Origin: Octopus vulgaris | Taxonomy: Eukaryota | Assembly: GCA_951406725.2 (NCBI GenBank) | Contig: OX597822.1 | Location: forward strand, 97,588,001-97,652,000 | Direction of reading: 5' to 3' | Length of the DNA stretch: 64,000 nucleotides | Part shown: positions 26,164 through 40,160 of the stretch, piece after piece | How the letters are laid out: each line of letters opens with the position of its first letter | How positions within the stretch are numbered: position 1 is the stretch's first letter | The notes under the pieces: model-generated | Databases searched by the model: none | The model's input: the letters and a program-made list of their open reading frames with translations, nothing else | What the model was told of the DNA's origin: nothing | Translations under genes and position numbers: made by a program

Positions 26164-26474
26164 TCGTGATCACCGTGACCAACCAGGCTATCAGATGTTG
26201 CTACACATCACTAGTCACACTGCACTTTGCATTGTTTTAGCCTTCAAATGATGTCACCCCGCTGGCTAAGCGTGCAGGCCAACAGAAGAAAGAGTGAAAG
26301 TTGTGGCAAAAGAGTACAGCAGGGATCGCCACCAACCCTTGCCAGAGCCTCATGGAGCTTTAGGTGTTTTCGCTCAATAAACACTCACAATGCCCAGTCT
26401 GGGAATCGAAACTGCGATCCTACAACCACGAGTCCGCTGCCCTGCCCTAACCACTGGGCCATTGCGCCTCCATG

Positions 26475-26512
<38 letters not shown>

Positions 26513-26668
26513 TACACACACATAAAATGACTGACAAATTTTCCCATAAACTACATGCTGAGTCAAGTAACACAGACAAGTGTGCAAGATTGTCTAATGA
26601 TTTATTCATCTGAGAGAAAAATGCATCCAAGTCAATCATTACCAAAAGCCATTAGTATTTATTAGTAG

Positions 26669-26704
<36 letters not shown>

Positions 26705-26934
26705 GTATTAGTAGTAGTAGTAGTATTACTTAGGTCGTGAGTGACAGATACAGTAGACTAACAGAACAAATTCCCATCAGGGTTATAAACTTTACCGTTC
26801 ATCTTTTCAGTGTTGATGAAATGAGTACCAAGACTGTAACTGGCTGCACATGTGTCTTTCACATGACACCCCCAACAACTCCAGGTAGTCATATGCCAGT
26901 ATTAGAAATATATATCATTATTATTATTCAGTAG

Positions 26935-27435
26935 TCTTATTTTTATTGCATGCTTTTACTGCATTACTAAGTGTAGCTCTGTGTGCCTTGGGCATGTGCT
27001 GTGGTTTGTTATTTCCACTGTTTTGAAAGTGCTCTACATAAGATGAGAGCTATCTTCTGTGTGTTATATATATTTATAAGAAATGGGGCATTAGTTATGT
27101 ATTTGTCTAATTTTTGTTATCATAACTGCAGCATCTATTATAGGGATTGTTTCTGTTTTTAGGCCTGACATTTAGATTACTTCTATTTACAGATTTCTGT
27201 GTTTTTATAATTTCTCCATTTCTTTTAGAGATACATTGTCATCTGTTAAGGCTGATCTATCAGCTGAGAGGCATATTTCTTCATGGAGGTCCCTGACCAC
27301 AATATCTGGTCTATTAGCTTTGATCTCACTATATGAGTCTATTTTCTTACACCAGAGTATGGCTGCTTTGTCATTTTCTGAAGCCTTTTTGCGGGGTATA
27401 TCTGCACCATCTTTTTTCTGTTGGCATTATTGTTA
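26935..27435 (-). mobile_element. Degenerate R4/Dong-like LINE 3' end
   Basis: The reverse complement resembles 56500-57030 (same 3' UTR cacatgcccaaggcacacagagct, ENDKA.ILW and RPD.VV remnants). Confidence 0.6.
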
Positions 27436-28625
27436 TTGAGTGAGGGGGAAGCACATGCCATCAAAGTGACACTGGGATTTAACTATATGAAATCCATTAT
27501 ACCCATCATGACTACCTGTCTGACAAGGGTACACCAGGCACATGCATCAGAACTAAATATGCACAACATGGTGATCTCATATCAAGATAAATAGCACATG
27601 ACTTTATAGGTGGGGCCCAGTTAGAATTTTCTTCAGGTTGAGTAGCCCATTCCACTCAAAAGGTTCCTGAATAAGGATTATTTAAAGACGATGAACAAAA
27701 TACCCATGCTCTCACGGGTGAATTATTCAAAACCCTAAGAAACCCTCTCAACACATTGCTATGATGCTCCCCAACTACTCTTGCCTGTGATCAGAGATGC
27801 AAATATAGTCAGCCATTAAGGGACATGCTCAACTGGTGAAATCTATGGTACAGAAAATTTGCTGTAGCCCCTGTCTTTTACACCATGACAAAACATATAC
27901 TTGATAACACTCCCAATCAGTCAAGGTCAGAAGCCATGAGAGCACTGCTTGGTATTGCACCAGGGGATTATTATTATTGTTGTTGTTGTTGTTGTTGTTC
28001 ATTTTGTTCGCTCAGCATTTTCATTGTTACTGTTAGTATTGGATTGCAGGATGTCAAGTTATGTCCTGCATCTTTAGGTATCTAGCACAGTTCTTATAGT
28101 TGGTTGTTGTACTGAGCAAACAGGATTTCTATTGGTTCAGGAAATTGGCCTCAATTCTAAAATCTTCAACCAACTGTCTACACTTCATGCCACTGTCCCT
28201 AGAGGTCTTATAGTTATTATTAGAATTGTTGTTGTTATTTGTCATATAGTGAACCTGAAGACAGATGTACAGTTGTAATGAACAAGACCAACCTGTGTTT
28301 TATGTCATGCTTTTCTAATTGTGTATTTACCTTCATGAAGAGTTACCTTACTGCATACATTACATTATAATATCTTAAAAATGGTTCTAACTGTATTTGC
28401 CTGAGGTCTCATGTTTATATAAGGAATCAATATCAGGATTATAAATATCACTCCAGCATGGCAACAGTCAATTGACTGAAACCACTAAAAGAATTTTTAA
28501 AAATCATCATCATCATCATTGCTATGAGAATAAAAATTTATAATTAGCAAGTGCATGAATTAATATTAGTTGAAAAAACAGAAACCAAAAACAAAAGACA
28601 TAATTACACTGGTTTGATACTGAAA

Positions 28626-28897
28626 TTAGCCCAGGTAAAGAGTTGTAGAAAAGATGTTGGAGAGGTTTGTCTCATAAATTGCCATGATGGATACGTAAAG
28701 TGTTTTCACGCTCGACTTAACCTGAAACACTAAACTGGTCTCAGTGGTCTCAGCTCTGTGTACAATATTTGAACTTCCTTCCTGGCTTCCAATATTCACC
28801 AAATAAGTGTTTCTTTGGTATTTGTTCTCTCTAAACACATTCCGCCATGATATTTCCACACTAGATACACTTAGTCTCTTCCAGCTGAGTGAGGAAC
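28626..28897 (-). CDS. Giant FN3-like repeat protein, last coding exon (10 of 10 in window)
   Basis: Acceptor ttttcTAG, phase 1 matching the previous exon: (G)SSLSWKRLSVSSVEISWRNVF...VNIGS...LYVSIMAI...STTLYLG-TAA. Confidence 0.85.
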
Positions 28898-28913
28898 CTA
28901 GAAAATAAGATTT

Positions 28914-28950
<37 letters not shown>

Positions 28951-29486
28951 TTATTTATTTATATAAATAAATATTTTTAAGAGGAATAATTTAGGGATTT
29001 TTCCCTTATGAGATTTTTCACGTTAACTACTTGATAAATTCTTATAAAGATTTTATCCTATTTTTCAATATATATATAACAATAAGGGTTTAGCAACAAG
29101 TTGCTTGACCACCAACCGAAAAATTTTAGAAATAGCCAAAGGACTACTATTTCCTTTTTCTACAAAAATATGTCTTCACAGACAACAATATTTGTAACTC
29201 ACATATGGCAAAAAAAGAAGAAAAATAATGAAATCAAACAGCCTTCGGTTAATTATGGACGTACGTTTCTGGATTAGAATCATAAGATTCATTTCATTCA
29301 TCGACAAAATATTCCGATAAATAAATCTAGAAATGCTAGGAAAACTTACCCCTTATATTTCCGACCAAGCGTCATCGGAACATATAAAAGTTAATCAGCA
29401 TATCCACATTTATATAGACGAGTGAATTCGTATTTCCCTCCAAAATTAATTATTTTAAATTAATTATCTTTCACCCTATATCTGTA

Positions 29487-29536
<50 letters not shown>

Positions 29537-29919
29537 ATGTGTGTGTGTGTGCATATTATCATCATTTAACGTCTTCTTTCCTTGCTGGCATGGGTTAGAT
29601 GGTTTGACTGGAACTGGTAAGCCAGAGAGGATTACCAAGATCTAATCTGATATGGCTAGGTTTCTACAGCTGGATGCCCTTACTAGCACCAACCACTCCA
29701 AGAGGGTAATGGGCATGTTTTACGTACCACTGGAATTGGTGCCAGTTACATGACACTGACATCAGCCATGACTATAATTCCACTTAGTTTGAATCTTCTC
29801 AAGCACAACATATCGTTAAAGGTCTCAGTCACTTGTCATCGCCTCCATGATGCCAACCATTTGAAGGTCATGCTACTGGCAATGATTATGATTTCACGAG
29901 TGCCACTCACATGTATGCA

Positions 29920-29960
<41 letters not shown>

Positions 29961-29962
<2 letters not shown>

Positions 29963-30151
29963 TCAAATACCAGTGGTAGAGTAATATGCTTTATTTTAAG
30001 CAGCAGAAAATTCAACAAAATCTATATATATATATATATATTCTAGCAAAAACTGTCTGAAGAACGGCAACGAGAAACTCAGAGTAACAGATTTTGTTGA
30101 ATTTTCTGCTGCTTTAAATAAAGCATATTACTCTACCACTGGTATTTGAGT
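29961..30151. repeat. Inverted repeat from a Penelope-like pseudo-LTR (arms ~29961-30022 and ~30088-30151)
   Basis: actcaaataccagtggtagagtaatatgc... pairs with ...gcatattactctaccactggtatttgagt; embedded in (TA)n. Confidence 0.8.
30053..30090 (+). ncRNA. Compact type I hammerhead ribozyme
   Basis: ctgt-CTGAAGA-acggcaacga-GAAA-ctcagag-TA-acag; 4-bp helix I and a weak helix II; a degenerate relative lies at ~49955-49992. Confidence 0.6.
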
Positions 30152-30217
30152 ACTCCGATATATATATATATATATATATATAAATATATATAAATATATA
30201 TAAATATATATAAATAA

Positions 30218-30433
30218 GGGTGGCGAGCTGGCAGAAACGTTAGCACGCCAGGCGAAATGCGTAGCCGTATTTCGTCTGTCGTTACGTTCTGAGTTCAAAT
30301 TCTGCCGAGGTCGACTTTGCCTTTCATCCTTTCGGGGTCGATAAATTAAGTACCAGTTACGCACTGGGGTCGATGTAATCGACTTAATCCCTTTGTCTCT
30401 CCTTGTTTGTCCCCTCTGTGTTTAGCCCCTTGT
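30218..30433 (+). mobile_element. tRNA-derived SINE family A (GCCTTTCATCCTTTCGGGGTCGATAAA central domain)
   Basis: Head GGTGGCGAGCTGGCAGAA...GAGTTCAAATTC; near-identical copies at 30753-30983, 43459-43722, 47760-47990 and 59193-59417, plus many eroded ones. Confidence 0.85.
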
Positions 30434-30711
30434 GCACTGGCTCACTGTCGGTTACGACAACAAGAGTTCCAGTTGATCTGATCCATGGAACAGCCTCTTG
30501 TACTTTTACTTGTTTCAGTTATTTGACTGTGGCCATGCTGGAGCACCGCCTTTAGTTGAGCAAATCGACCCCAGGATTTATTCTTTGTAAGCCTAGTACT
30601 TATTCTAGCAGTCTCTTTTGCCGAACCGCTATGTTACAGGGGACATAAACACACCAGCATCGGTTGTCAAGCGATGTTGTGGGGACAAACACAGACACAT
30701 AAACATATACA

Positions 30712-31785
30712 CATTGTGTCACCTGAGAATTATGTTATGGGTACATCTACCTATTTCTTTATTACCCACAAGGGGCTAAACACAGAGAGGACAAACAAGG
30801 ACAGACAAAGGGATTAAGTCGATTACATCGACCCCAGTGCGTAACTGGTACTTAATTTATCGACCCCGAAAGGATGAAAGGTAAAGTCGACCTCGGCGGA
30901 ATTTGAACTCAGAACATAATGGCAGACGAAATACGGCTAAGCATTTTGCCCGGCGTGCTAACATTTCTGCCAGCTCACCGCCTTTATGGGTACATCTACC
31001 TGTCAAATATTTGGCCACTTAACTGTTAATTCAAGAATAGTTAATTCAGTTGATCAAACAAGTTGAAAGACAAGGAAAACATTGTTGAAAGACAACATAT
31101 ATATATATATATATATTATATGTAGAAAAATACAAACTGGGACAAGAACGTAAAACATTTAGAAGACGATACAAAAAACATGGACGGGACATTCGAAGCC
31201 TTCAATCTATATATATATAGAAGCCTTCAATATATATATATATATTGCATAAGTAGAATGTTTTTGTTATTTTTATTGTGTTTAACTAGTGGATTGGTAG
31301 AATCATTATAGCATCAGTCAAATTTCCCTGTAATATTTAACTGTGTCACCACATTCTGAGTTCAAAGCCCCTCAATGTCAACTTAGCCTTTTTTTCTTCT
31401 GGGATCAGCAAAATAAATTGTCAAATACCTGGGATAGACTTAATTGATTACCCGCTCCCAACCATAGAATTTCTAGTCCTGTGCCTTTGTTGATACAATA
31501 ATTGTTGCAATTTTGTTTTCATTTTTATTGTTAATAGTGAATGACAACTGACCCCAGTAACAGTTCGCCCTTCTAAACTATGTCACATGTTACTTAATGC
31601 TGATAACAGAAATCATGTATATATTAATAATGTTGAGATTTTTGGTGGCAATAGTGGATCTGTCTTTCAACAATGAGGATCTACTTGTTTGATCAACTGG
31701 ATTAACTATTCTTGAATTAACGGTTAAGTGGCCGAACATTTGACAGGTAGATGTACCCATAACATAATTCTCAGGTGACACAGTG
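30712..31785. mobile_element. Old TIR (MITE/foldback-like) DNA element, left arm split by a SINE
   Basis: 30712-30752 plus 31002-31070 is the reverse complement of ~31662-31785 (ca(c/t)tgtgtcacctgagaattatg...); TA follows the right end. Confidence 0.65.
30753..30983 (-). mobile_element. SINE family A with 18-bp target-site duplication
   Basis: ttatgggtacatctacct occurs at both 30735-30752 and 30984-31001. Confidence 0.9.
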
Positions 31786-32230
31786 TATAATTAGGCTGTA
31801 ACTTTTGAATTACATTACAGGTATATAATCCACTTCTATACATTTGACAGGTAGATGTATCCATAACATAATTCTCAGGTGACACAGTGTATGATTAGGC
31901 TGTAACTTTTGAATTACAGGTATAATCCACTTCTATACATTTGACAGGTAGATGTACCCATAACATAATTCTCAGGTGACACAGTGTATGATTAGGCTGT
32001 AACTTTTGAATTACAGGTATAATCCACTTCTATACATTTGACAGGTAGATGTACCCATAACATAATTCTCAGGTGACACAGTGTATGATTAGGCTGTAAC
32101 TTTTGAATTACAGGTATAATCCACTACTATACATTTGACAGGTAGATGTACCCATAACATAATTCTCAGGTGATACAGTGTATGATTAGGCTGTAACTTT
32201 TGAATTACAGGTATAATCCACTTCTATACA
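31736..32230. repeat. Minisatellite, five copies of a 97-bp unit (first copy 104 bp)
   Basis: Units start at 31736, 31840, 31937, 32034 and 32131 (acatttgacaggtagatgtacccataac...). Confidence 0.95.
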
Positions 32231-32651
32231 GTTTCCATCAGTATAACAAGGTATGGCTCGACCTCAGGCTACAGAAAATTATTTTTGTCCATAATGCCAC
32301 AGAGCAGGTCCACTGTCAATATATAGAGATATTTACCTTATTGAGAGGAACAATAGTCAACGTTTGTACAAAAACAGATCAGTGGTTCCAGTCTGGCATG
32401 GATATTATTTCAGCTGTCCCCAGACGGACATTAATGTTTATAGAGAGTCCTTTAAAATGTCTTGTCTATAATGTTGTATGACACCAATTTCTGGATAATG
32501 TTATAGAACTAGGCGTACTAGAAATGATGTAAAGTTAATGGTGCACACTTCCAAAAACGGTTTAGGAATTACTAATTTGGATTGTCATAGTAATATCAAT
32601 TAAGCATTTTAACATCTCACCTGTAATGTTTCATATAAAATGTTGATTTAC

Positions 32652-33164
32652 CTGTTAGTTCTGGCTTGGAACTGTCCACCACAACATCATTTGATCGCAG
32701 TATTTCAGTTTGTTTTGTCGTGTGATTTCTTTTTATTTCTGCTTGGTAGGTAAATCCATCTCTTAGAGTAAGATAGTTGAAAGTCAGTTGCCGACGGTAA
32801 CCAACAGACATCCAATTCGTGTAAATTTTACCATTTTCTGTGATTCTGCATACGTAATCATCTTGAGTTTGTTCAGAATGTTCAATAACAACCTTCAATT
32901 GACTTTGATGACTTTGTATACAGCAAGAATTTGTGTTGGACCATTCATTGACTGGAATCATGCGAACTTTGGTGTGGTTATGTAACTTCAAAGCAGATTT
33001 TGGTCCGGATATCAGATTGAATGCAAGCCCTGCATTATTTATGCAGTTTACATTCATGACAATAGGTTTGTTACCAAAAGATTTGGTTGATAGAATTTTA
33101 CTGATCTTGCTGCTAGCTGAAGTTTCTGTCTTTTGCACAAAGGCTGTGTTGTCCTCAGATGTCC
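32652..33164 (-). CDS. Giant FN3-like repeat protein, exon 9 in window
   Basis: TAG acceptor, GTAAAT donor, phase 1 to 1: (G)TSEDNTAF...VNCINNAGL...DGFTYQAEI...SNDVVVDSSKPELT. Confidence 0.9.
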
Positions 33165-34859
33165 CTAAATAATGAAATGAAAAACGTTTTAAAGAATATG
33201 TCTTCATGTCTGTGTATTTTGAATTTCACTTCAAGATAATTTATATGTCTTCCCCATCAGTGCCATCATAAACTAACCTTTTATCAATTTATATTTTGAC
33301 TTTTCTGTGGATAGATCAGTATCTGTATTTTTTTTGCTTATTTTCACAAGTGGGACTAACATATTTTCCAACATGTAAGCCAATGTAACACATGGTGTAA
33401 ATATGTAGTGTAAAAATTCAGATATAGTTACTATTTTTCTAAATTCTGCCGTATTTCACATGGAATTTTAGGTCGTGCACAGTTGTCTTAAGTGTTAGAG
33501 TTGACCTGCTATTGTTTTGGCTGTAAATTTTGGTCTTGAAAATTTGCCTTGTATGCCAGAAAATATGGTAATAGACATGGAAAAGAATTGGCTTTATAAA
33601 ACCTTTATGAATTGATGGTAGTTTTATGTATAATAGTTAGTGTTTGCAGTGGTCTTGTGGGAGACAGCAGAATGGAAATACTAATGTGGTACAACTTATG
33701 GAGTAAGATGAAGGCTATTAATGGTCATTAAAAGCAGATCGATTTTGTATTTAACACAAAATAAAATGAGAAAATATTTGTAATTTTTTTTGTTTTTTAA
33801 CAACAGAATGTATGTTTTTAAAAATAAATTTTACAGATATAGGGGAAGGAAATAGAAGAAAAATAGTAAAGAGATTTACTAGAAACTAAATCATCAAAAT
33901 TCCAAATATAATTTACTGAATTCATATTAGTTTTGCTTGCTTTGGGTCACATTTTGTAAGTTAAGGCATGCCAAGTTTTTAAAATTACAAGAACAAAAGG
34001 TAAAGACACTTTTTGGTAATGAATGACCATGGGATTACACCTAGAAAGTTCCCTTCTGGGGTACAAGTCTGGGCAAATTTGTTTATAGAAGACCAGCAGT
34101 TGCCTATGCATACCAGCCTCCCCTCTTCGTGACACCAATGTTACCCAAGGGAAAGGCAAAAGGCTGATACAGCTGAGCACCAGTGACATTTACAGCTGAG
34201 CAGACTGGAGCAATGTGAAATAAAGTGTCTTGCTCAAGAACACAACACACACTCCAGTATGAGAAACAAACTCACTGCCTCATGATTGTGTTGTATTCTA
34301 TAAACAACCATGGTCGTTCATAACAACAGAGGTTCTTTATCCTGTTACATATATGCATTTTTGCGTGTGCATGTTGATATTGCATGAAAATTGTAAACAA
34401 GTGTTACTGTCATAGAGGCATTGCCATTTGTTTCAATCTTCCTGTGAGAAACATGTCTGGTCATGCAGAAATATTTTCAAGTGGAAAATAGTTGTAAAGT
34501 TCACACCATATGCTAACAACTCTAAAATATATAAGCTATGAAATCCATTGCACTGCTGAATTCCAGATCTGAAATTTTAAGTGGATGTAGACATATGGAT
34601 AAGTCCCTGTTGATGAATTGGACAATACTGCCCTCTCTAGATTAAGCAGCTGTACCTCAGCCTCAAGCCCCTAATCATTCAGCCATATGACTTTACAGTC
34701 AAAGGGGACATAACTCTAATTTTTCTTTTTCATTTTCCTTTCGTTTTCTGGTGTTCTCAACTTTCCACTTTTGCATCAACTTTCTTCTAGTATTTTTTCT
34801 TATTCTATAACCTGTTTTAGTCTGATATGTCGTGTGGGAAGAGGAGGAGGATTGTACGA

Positions 34860-35470
34860 ACATGTACTGAGAGTGATAAAAATTAAATGTCCAGTCAACA
34901 TCATGTTGTTTGGAGTGATCACTAGTGATGGCAATGTTATGCCTCCAGTCATCCTCCCACATGGCTCCAGACTCAACACGGAGGCCTACATCAAGTGCCT
35001 GGAGGAGGTAGTGCTGCCCTGGGTCAAGGGGGTGTCTGCTGGAAGACCCTATGTCTGGCAACAGGACTCTGCACCACAAGCAGGGGAACCCAGCTATGGC
35101 TGACAGACAATTTCTGAAACCACATTACCCCTAACATCTGGCCACCTAACTCTCCAAACTGCAACTCCCTTTGATTATTATGTGAGGGGTGCAGTTGAAC
35201 GAGAAACCAGCAAAACTTGTAACACCAGAAATAAACTGAAGGCAGCATTCACCAACTTAAACAAGGAGACTATCTAGAAAATTTGCAGGAGATTCTGAAG
35301 TCATCCGGATGCTGTGGTTGAAGCCAATGGCGATTGTATTGAATAAATTTACTCTTTCGTATTTCAAGATATTTTTACGTAACTTTGGTAAATATATCAT
35401 GAAAATGAGATGTCACTGTTATTTTCATTTTTGCATAATATAGACAACACTTTATTTATTAAACCCTGTA
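34860..35470 (+). mobile_element. Tc1/mariner-superfamily transposase fragment with 3' end, degenerate
   Basis: IMLFGVITSDG...LNTEAYIKCLEEVVLPW...YVWQQDSAP and WPPNSP...DYY catalytic-domain motifs; ends ...ACCCTG|TA. Confidence 0.8.
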
Positions 35471-35505
35471 TATATATATAAAACCCTGTATATATATATA
35501 TATAT

Positions 35506-35866
35506 AATATTATTAGTGAATTGAAGAAATGGAGTTGAACGAAGATTGAACAGAAATCCTTTTATTGCATTCTACACGTGTTCCGAAAGCCACAATTTAC
35601 CAAATTCCGATTGAATAAGGAGCCCATATTGTGTCTTTCTCTTCAGGAAGAGAGCCTCCTCATTCGATTTGTTTTGCTGCGCCTCTGTTCTGTTTTTGTT
35701 CTGCCAACGGAATTCCTATTTCTTCCTGAAGAGAAAGACACAATATGGGCTCCTTATTCAATCGGAATTTGGTAAATTGTGGCTTTCGAAACACGTGTAG
35801 AATGCAATAAAAGGATTTCTGTTCAATCTTCGTTCAACTCCATTTCTTCAATTCACTAATAATATT
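35506..35866. repeat. Near-perfect 146-bp inverted repeat (Penelope-like inverted pseudo-LTR)
   Basis: 35506-35651 is the reverse complement of 35721-35866. It is followed by a tail (35867-36020) resembling 2590-2730 and is flanked by (TA)n. Confidence 0.9.
35723..35802 (+). ncRNA. Type I hammerhead ribozyme with enlarged helix II and palindromic helix III
   Basis: ttc-CTGAAGA-gaaagacacaat...attgtggctttc-GAAA-cacgtg-TA-gaa. Confidence 0.75.
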
Positions 35867-36016
35867 AAAATTCAATTATCACGCACCAACGCACGGTTGC
35901 AACACCATATGGTTGTACCTCCAACCGTGCTTTCTTATGCTGTGATTTTTGCTACCAAGGTATCGGTCAAACTTTTGATTAATCTGCACAAGATTATTCG
36001 TCTTTCTATTTCACCA

Positions 36017-36396
<380 letters not shown>

Positions 36397-36397
<1 letters not shown>

Positions 36398-36788
36398 TAG
36401 CAGTAATGCCCGGCGTTGCTCGGGTTTGTAAGGGAAATAACTATATAAGCATTTTTAGAGATGTAAAGTATAATAGTCATCTCAATATGACTAACCACAA
36501 AGGGGGGGGTGTTACTGTAGCTTTTTACGTTCTGAGATTTAATAATATATTTTTAGAGAGTTACTTCCCTTATATATGCCAAAAATGCATAAGAGAAAAA
36601 TTAATGGTAAATTTTTTTTTAAATCGTAGACTCATCGTAAACGCACGCTAATACCCAGAAGGGCTCGATATGAATCACGACTATAAGATTCCCAGTTTTG
36701 GTTAAACTGCACCGAAAAATGTGGGAGTAGTTAGGAATCTAAATCGTAGGAGACAGACAGCACACAACCTCACTTTTATATATAAAGA
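36397..36788 (-). mobile_element. Non-autonomous Helitron
   Basis: Minus strand 5' A|TCTTTATATATAAAAG; 3' hairpin CCCGAGCAACGCCGGG then CTAG|T. Confidence 0.8.
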
Positions 36789-37617
36789 TATATATATATA
36801 TATACAGTTAATAAAAAGTATCAGAAAGAAGCACACTCTAAAATATAGAGCAGTAATTATTACAACAACATTTTATATAGAGTTACCCAAGGTTTAACAC
36901 CCACAAAGCTAAAGCCTTGTGGACAGTTTTGTCAGATTCTAGATGAATACAAAATTTTAAAATATCTACATCGCAGACGTGAGAAAATGCTCAGAACTCA
37001 AGGAATACAAAAAAATGTTAATGAGTACAGATTATTTCCCCTTACCCTTTCGTTACTGTAATTATTTTGAGATGCTCTGTGTTTCTTTCAATTACTTTAA
37101 ATATAACAAAGAATTTATTAAAATAACTTAGTTATCATTCAGCTAGTGTTAGGAACATAAATTGTGACTAAGATTTGGTGGAAGATTTTAATTGCAAACT
37201 TATGAAAATAAGACATTTGTACTCAGAGTCAGAGCCGGTTTCAGCCGGGTTGGTAACGGGAAAAAAAACCCTTATATGCCCGGAGAGGCCTAATGATCAA
37301 ACATGGAGATCCAGTTTTCTAGTAAGTAGTGCTTGAAGTGAATACATTTAGAAAATACTTCTTTACAGCTGTTTCATGCACCAAGCTTCTTGAAATCCTT
37401 AAGAATTTTGGCTCTCTCCACAATACAGATCTTGCAACAGCCACTTCCATTAATATATGTATGGAATGGGTAAATTGTCACCATTTCATATTTCTAATTT
37501 CATGCATGTGTATTGTTTGTGTTTGATTTTGTATTCATATAGAGTCTGACGTGCTGTCCACAACACTTTAGCTTTGTGGGTGCAAAACCTTGAGTAACTC
37601 TATATAAAATTTTGTTG

Positions 37618-37620
<3 letters not shown>

Positions 37621-37652
<32 letters not shown>

Positions 37653-37798
37653 ATATATATACATATATACAATATATATATATATATATATATATATGTT
37701 ATATATATCTACATATATACAATATATATATATATATTATATATATATATCTACATATATACAATATATATATATATGTTATATATATCTACATATAT

Positions 37799-37829
<31 letters not shown>

Positions 37830-37847
37830 CTACATATATACAATATA

Positions 37848-37893
<46 letters not shown>

Positions 37894-37940
37894 ATATATA
37901 TCTACATATATACAATATATATATATATATCTACACATAT

Positions 37941-37981
<41 letters not shown>

Positions 37982-38020
37982 ACATATATACAATATATAT
38001 TTATATATATATATATTATA
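37621..38020. repeat. TA-derived minisatellite (tatgttatatatatctacatatatacaatata units)
   Basis: Directly visible recurring variant blocks within (TA)n. Confidence 0.9.
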
Positions 38021-38151
38021 TAAATTAGAGACAAAACCACTATTATGCAAATCAAACAAAGAAAGACTTAATCCAATACATAAATTAATGTATATAATTT
38101 AGAAATTTAACAATTATTAATATCCACTACGATCGTTTCATGTATTCTTTT

Positions 38152-38186
<35 letters not shown>

Positions 38187-38224
38187 AATTAAATTAGAGA
38201 TAAAACCACTATACTATATAGTAT

Positions 38225-39330
38225 CACTATCATCCGGTGTTGCTTGGGTTTGTTTCGACCCTTTAGAATTGGAATTTTTGAAAAGTAAAAATTTTGCATT
38301 ATGCAACTTGTTATTCTCTTCAAGTGAACATTTTTCCAGTTGAAATACACCGAAAAATGGTGACACAGCAGTCAAAAATCGTAAAAAATAGGGATTTTCA
38401 TAGAAAAAAGCACCTTTTTGATGTAAATAATTTTTGGTGTTAACATGGTCCGATTTGAATTTTATCTTCTACAGAATGAAGAGCAAGCCTTCTTCTATCA
38501 TACTCTCAATTTTGGTCAACTTGTGCTGCAGGGTCTCGAAGGAGATAGTGTTAGTTGAAGGCTACCAAACCTGCCACACACAGACAACTTCAGCTTTATA
38601 TATATAGATTTGCTACACACTACTTTCCATCCTTAATAATGAAACTTGGTAGATCCAAAAGTTAAACACACAGACACACACACACAGATACACACACAGA
38701 CACACAAGTTGAGTTTTATATATATAGATTTCTCAACAGGGATTTCAGGGGAGAGTTTCAGGGAGTCGCTGGCGATGTATCGTGATGATCAAAAATCCGG
38801 CCTGCTAAAATTTGGTTAAAGTGATTCAAACTCCAGACTCAACGCAAAATGGTCACATTTAATTCAAAGCGTTAAAAATGTTATGAAAACAATTGGTATG
38901 TGTTCACCAAGTCCAAACGATTAATATGAAAAAAACCCTCCAGGCTGCATCCTGAAAATTCATTTCTTTGCCGAATTTCTACAATGTCTACAGCGATTCA
39001 TTTTTATATCTTGATTTTTTATTTTTCATGCAATTTACGCATGCTTGCATGCGTGGTGAACGCAGTTCACGTCAAACAGCTGACTGAGTAAAGTTCACTA
39101 TTCAATGCATGGGATAAGGCCTAAACAAACACATTATCGATTTTTGCACTTGCGAGATGAATTTCGGAACAGAAATAGTGCAGTTCAATTTTCATTCGCC
39201 TAAACTTTAAGTGACCCATTTTTGGTGGTTCTACGATTTGTTGGCTAGGAGGAGATGTACCGGGAAGTTAAACACACAGACACACACACAGATACACACA
39301 CAGACTCACAAGTTGAGTTTTATATATATA
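38225..39330 (-). mobile_element. Cluster of non-autonomous Helitron pieces with three successive 5' ends
   Basis: TCTATATATATAAA-type 5' termini at 38608 and 38728, and a repeat of the same terminal block ending ~39330. A degenerate 3' hairpin at ~38232-38250 resembles the one at 36408-36425. Confidence 0.6.
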
Positions 39331-39924
39331 TATTTATAGGTGTGGCTGTGTGGTAAGAAGCTTGCTTCCCGACCACATTGTTCCAGGTTCAGTCCCACTG
39401 CATGGCACCTTGGGCAAGCGTCTTCTAATATAGCTTTGAGCTGACCAAAACCTTGTGAGTGGATTTGGTGGATGGAAACTGAATGAAGCTCATACCATAT
39501 ATATATATATTTGTGTATGTTTTTGTATCTGTATTTGTTCTCATTCTACTGCTTTACAACCAGTCTTGGTGTGTTACATCTCTGTAACTTAGCGGTTTGG
39601 CAAAAGAGAGACTGATAGGATGTGTACTGGACCTAAATAAAGTACTGGGGTTGATTCTTTCAACAAATTCTTCAAGGCCATGCCCCAGCATGACCACAGT
39701 CTAATGACTGAAACAGGTAAAAAATTAAAGCTACAAACACACACACATACACACACACATGTTCCATGGGCTTCTTTCAGTTTCTGTTTACCAAATCCAC
39801 TCACAGGTGTTTAATCAGACCATGACTATAGTAGAAAACACTAGCTTAAGTTGCCACATGCATACATGCATTTGAAGGCCTTTAATAGCTGCAGTAAAGT
39901 TAGAAAAACCTTTGTTCACTCTCT

Positions 39925-40129
39925 TTACTCTTTACTCTTTTACTTGTTTCAGTCATTTGACTTCGGCCATGCTGGAGCATCGCCTTTAGTGGAGCAAATC
40001 GACCCCGGGACTTATTCTTTTGTAAGCCCAGTACTTATTTCTATCGGTCTAGTTTGCCGAACCACTAAGTGACGGGGACGTAAACACACCAGCATCGGTT
40101 GTCAAGCAATGCTAGGGGGACAAACACAG

Positions 40130-40160
<31 letters not shown>

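Noticed and set aside
27445-27970. Non-AT-rich block that looks like an interspersed repeat or exon
   Set aside because: It is single-copy in the window with no ORF, termini or splice support, so I cannot classify it from sequence alone.
31736-32230. CRISPR-like regular array
   Set aside because: The units are identical end to end with no unique spacers, there are no cas genes, and the context is eukaryotic.
32200-32530. Possible extra exon or + strand ORF next to exon 9
   Set aside because: All three minus frames contain stops, there are no module motifs, and exons 9 and 10 already join in phase.
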